DNA from: Polyangiales bacterium
GTDB taxonomy: Bacteria > Myxococcota_A > Polyangia > Polyangiales > Polyangiaceae
Reading direction: 5' to 3'
Assembly (NCBI GenBank): GCA_038231275.1
Contig: JBBRLQ010000022.1
Span: 67,539 to 131,538, forward strand
Length of the DNA stretch: 64,000 bases
Shown: positions 61,148-64,000 of the stretch, in pieces
Numbering within the stretch: the first letter of the stretch is position 1
Layout of the letters: each line of letters begins with the position of its first letter
The notes under the pieces: model-generated
What the model saw: the letters and a program-made list of their open reading frames with translations, nothing else
What the model was told of the DNA's origin: nothing
The model's database searches: none
Position numbers and translations under genes: made by a program

Positions 61148-62792
61148 GACGATCCGACGCGAGCCCGGACGGGGCGCTCGGGGTGGAAGCGGGCGGCGTC
61201 GGAGGAGGAGGAGACGGCGGATCGGCGACGGCAGGGCTCGGCGTCGTCGGAACGGTGGTCGCCGCGGGAGAGGCCGCGCGAGCTCTCGGCGTGGAGATCG
61301 GCGTCGAGTTGGACGTCGAGCCGGACGCGCGAAGCGGCTTGCTCGCGGGGCGCGACGACGGCGACGGGATCGTGACCGCGGCCGACGTCGGAGGCGGCTC
61401 CGGCTCCGCGAAGGCGAACGGAGGATCGGGCGCGATCGTCGGCGTCGGCTGCTCGGCGATCACGGTCCCCGCGAGCGCCTGGCCGCGGTGAGCGCTCGCC
61501 GCGCCGGCCAGAATGGCAGCGGCCGCAAGCGCCCCCGCGACGCCAAGGACGACGGCTCGCGCACGTCGCATCGGGCGCCTCAGGGAAGGCGGCATCGGAA
61601 GCGAAGGCGAGGTCGCCGCAAAGGCGAACGGCGTCGGCACGAGCGTCGGGTTCACGAGCGTCGCGGCCTCCGAGTCGGCCTCGGCGTCGCCAAGCGCCGC
61701 GCGCAGCGCGGCTATGAGCTCGAGGACGCTCTGGAAGCGCGCGGACCGATCGCGCAGGAGGCACCTCCGCACGACCGCGGCGATGGGGCGCGGCGTACCC
61801 GGGCGCTCGATCTCCAACGAGACCGGCGGCTCGAGCAGGATCCGCGCGCACAAGAGCTGGAGGTTCGCCGCGCGAAACGGCGGCTGGCCGGCGATGAGCT
61901 CGTGCAGGCACGCGCCGAGCGCCCACACGTCCGTGCGGGGATCGACGTCGCGCGCGGACTCAATTTGCTCCGGCGACATGTAGTGCGGCGACCCGATCAT
62001 CGCGTGCGCGCGTGTCAGACCCGACTCACCGGCGGCGAGCGCGCCGTCGAACGTCTTCGCGAGGCCGAAGTCGACGACCTTGACGGTGCGTGCTCCATTC
62101 CCGGTCCACGCGAGGAAGATGTTCGCCGGCTTCAGATCGCGATGCACGATGCCGTGTGCGTGCGCCTCGGCGATCGCCTCGCACGCGTCGAGGATGTAAC
62201 CCACCGCTTCGCCGATGGGCAGCGGACCAAGCGCGTCGAGGACGCGCCCGAGGTCCATCCCCTCGAGGTACTCCATCACGATGTAGGGCGCCCCCGACTC
62301 GAGACGCCCCACGTCGAGGACGCGCGCCGCGTGCTCTCCGGTGAGCCGCGCCGCCGCCATCGCCTCACGCGCGAACCGGCGCGCCGCGTCCTCGTCGTCC
62401 AAGAGCTCGTCGTGCATCGTCTTGATCGCGACGCGCGTGCCGAGGACGGCGTGGCGCGCGGCGACGACGAGCCCCATTCCTCCACGACCCAGGATGCGAT
62501 CGACCGTGTATTTGCCGGCGAAGAGGCTCCCCACCTCGACAGGCGTGGCGGCAGGGCGCTGGTTCCTCGGCTCGCCTCCCGTGACGCGCGACGCCCCGTT
62601 CGCCACGGCAGCGCGGCACTCGTCGCACAGATCGAGGTGCGCCTTCACGACGCGCTCGCGGTCCTCCGTGAGGTCTCCCTCCAAGAAGAGGACGACCTCT
62701 TCGTCGCCGACGCAGTCCTCCGCGAACGACGGCGCCGTGCTCGGTGCGAAGCGCACGCGGAGCGTAGACGTGTGGTGCGCTCCCATCCTCAC
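61140..62792 (-). CDS. Transmembrane Ser/Thr kinase with N-terminal ZAS (zf-HC2) finger
   Basis: C...AHLDLCDECR; GRGGMG, VAIK, HRDLKPAN, DFGLAK, GSPHYMSPE; TM helix and Pro/Thr tail. Start may be 62786. Confidence 0.92.
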   Translation of the reverse strand: MRMGAHHTSTLRVRFAPSTAPSFAEDCVGDEEVVLFLEGDLTEDRERVVKAHLDLCDECRAAVANGASRVTGGEPRNQRPAATPVEVGSLFAGKYTVDRILGRGGMGLVVAARHAVLGTRVAIKTMHDELLDDEDAARRFAREAMAAARLTGEHAARVLDVGRLESGAPYIVMEYLEGMDLGRVLDALGPLPIGEAVGYILDACEAIAEAHAHGIVHRDLKPANIFLAWTGNGARTVKVVDFGLAKTFDGALAAGESGLTRAHAMIGSPHYMSPEQIESARDVDPRTDVWALGACLHELIAGQPPFRAANLQLLCARILLEPPVSLEIERPGTPRPIAAVVRRCLLRDRSARFQSVLELIAALRAALGDAEADSEAATLVNPTLVPTPFAFAATSPSLPMPPSLRRPMRRARAVVLGVAGALAAAAILAGAASAHRGQALAGTVIAEQPTPTIAPDPPFAFAEPEPPPTSAAVTIPSPSSRPASKPLRASGSTSNSTPISTPRARAASPAATTVPTTPSPAVADPPSPPPPTPPASTPSAPSGLASDRHG

Positions 62793-62868
62793 TCTTGGTC
62801 CTACGCCCGTCGCGTGTGTTCGATTTCTCGCACGAACGATTTATTTCGATGAGGGCGCTCGAGCGCGC

Positions 62869-62894
62869 GAGACGGCCGCGAATCCGCGTCCTCA
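62869..62894 (+). promoter_or_regulatory. Candidate ECF-type promoter GAGACG-N15-CCTCA (copy 1)
   Basis: Ends 8 nt before ATG 62903; same motif and spacing at 63197. Confidence 0.45.
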
Positions 62895-62902
62895 AGCGGA
62901 TC

Positions 62903-63154
62903 ATGAAGACCATTTCATCGTCCGCCGTTTTTCTCGCCATCGCGTTGCATACCCTGGGCTGCGGCTCGTCCAATGCGCCGCCCGAGCCCACGTCGAAGAG
63001 CGCGGAAGCCCTCGGCGGCGACTGCTCGGGAGCGCTGGGCGCGTGCTACGTCGCGTGCCAACAGGTCCTTCCCACTCCGACCGAAGGTTGCTTCACGCGC
63101 TGCGACCAGCTGTTCACGAAGTGCACCCAGCCGATGGAGGAGATCGAGCAGTGA
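62903..63154 (+). CDS. Small Cys-rich lipoprotein (CX6CX3C-X10-CX3CX6C)
   Basis: MKT...TLGC lipobox; six symmetrically spaced Cys. Confidence 0.7.
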   Translation: MKTISSSAVFLAIALHTLGCGSSNAPPEPTSKSAEALGGDCSGALGACYVACQQVLPTPTEGCFTRCDQLFTKCTQPMEEIEQ

Positions 63155-63196
63155 TCGCACTCCTCCTCTCGCGTCACCTTTCGCATCGCGAACGGT

Positions 63197-63222
63197 GAGA
63201 CGCCTGTCGGCCACGCGCCTCA
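63197..63222 (+). promoter_or_regulatory. Candidate ECF-type promoter GAGACG-N15-CCTCA (copy 2)
   Basis: Upstream of CDS 63287. Confidence 0.45.
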
Positions 63223-63286
63223 TCGTCATCGAGAGCAAGATCACGAGCCCTCAGCACCGATAAACGATCCCAAAACGGAGGTTTCC

Positions 63287-64000
63287 ATGCCTTTCCATCT
63301 TCACGACTTGGCAGTTCCTGTCGCAGCGATCCTCTGTGTTGCCGGATGTACCGCCGATGCCTCGACGCCGACTCCGACGCCGGCGCCGACCACCTCGTCG
63401 CCGTCCACCTCTGACACTTCCTCCACAATCCCGGCGACGCCGGAGACGACGGCGAGCCTCGGTGTCTCGTCGTGGGTCATCCGCGCGCGGGTGGGGAAAA
63501 GCGGAACGTTCGTGGTCACGACCGGAGTCGACGCGAAGGGCGCGGAAGTCACGCGTTGGTGGGGGATGCGGAGCGCGTCCAAGGGATTCCTCGTCGGCGA
63601 CGCCGCGCACGGGGTGGCGCTCATCGATGGGAACAGCACGTTGGTACGCTCCTCCATCCGCGGTCCCAACTTGGAGTTGTTGTCGCGTAGCGCAGGGGTG
63701 ATGCGCGCGGACGTCGAAAAGCATCGTCTCGAGGCGGCGGTAGAGTATGCGACTTGCGAGGAGGCGACGGCCGCTGCGGATGAGGCCGCTGCCCAACTTG
63801 CAATCGCGTTCGTGGGCCTTGCAGCATGCGCCTTGCTGCCTCCGCCCATCGATGCCTGCACCATTCCGGCGGCTGCACTGGTCGCTGCGGCCGAAGTTCA
63901 CCTCGCGTTCGCCGTAAGCGCGCGAAACACGGCGTGCCAGAACGGTGGCGGTGGCGGCGGTTGGGGCGGCGGCGGCGGCGGTTGGGGCGGCGGCGGCGGC
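63287..64000 (+). CDS. Lipoprotein with Cys-bracketed hydrophobic hairpin and Gly/Trp tail (3'-truncated by window end)
   Basis: Not in the ORF track because there is no stop in the window. GGAGG RBS; MPFHLHDLAVPVAAILCVAGC lipobox; open frame to the window end. Confidence 0.75.
   Translation, partial: MPFHLHDLAVPVAAILCVAGCTADASTPTPTPAPTTSSPSTSDTSSTIPATPETTASLGVSSWVIRARVGKSGTFVVTTGVDAKGAEVTRWWGMRSASKGFLVGDAAHGVALIDGNSTLVRSSIRGPNLELLSRSAGVMRADVEKHRLEAAVEYATCEEATAAADEAAAQLAIAFVGLAACALLPPPIDACTIPAAALVAAAEVHLAFAVSARNTACQNGGGGGGWGGGGGGWGGGGG

Overview
Very GC-rich, gene-dense chromosomal DNA from a myxobacterium. Polyangiales/Labilithrix-like origin is inferred from the Ser/Thr kinase-TPR/PEGA modules, vWA lipoproteins, Gly/Ser-linker lipoproteins and a Myxococcales-type sigma factor. 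The window holds about 52 CDSs plus the RNase P RNA gene (rnpB, minus strand, ~21.5-21.9 kb). Core genes include yggX, an NfnB/NfnA-like fused flavo-Fe-S oxidoreductase, erpA/iscA, an RpoH-family sigma, a SahR-like regulator with metH, maf, ygfZ, kamDE, an LptD-like protein, a bactofilin, mpg, a desaturase and gloB. No tRNA, rRNA, CRISPR array or mobile element was seen. The best candidate for an undescribed system is at 58.5-64 kb: a translationally coupled operon (ZAS-finger kinase, TPR membrane protein, Myxococcales sigma factor, LamG lipoprotein) divergent from two lipoprotein genes that share an identically spaced GAGACG-N15-CCTCA motif, a candidate promoter for that sigma. Other highlights: a perfect 30-bp palindrome over the apparently leaderless sahR-metH promoter; recurrent leaderless-type starts; twin sigma54 promoters on tandem vWA lipoproteins; a membrane-tethered sigma/anti-sigma fusion; a giant EAD-like/kinase/TPR protein with a structured upstream region; and an unknown paralogous lipoprotein pair. 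All family calls come from motifs read by eye; no searches were run.
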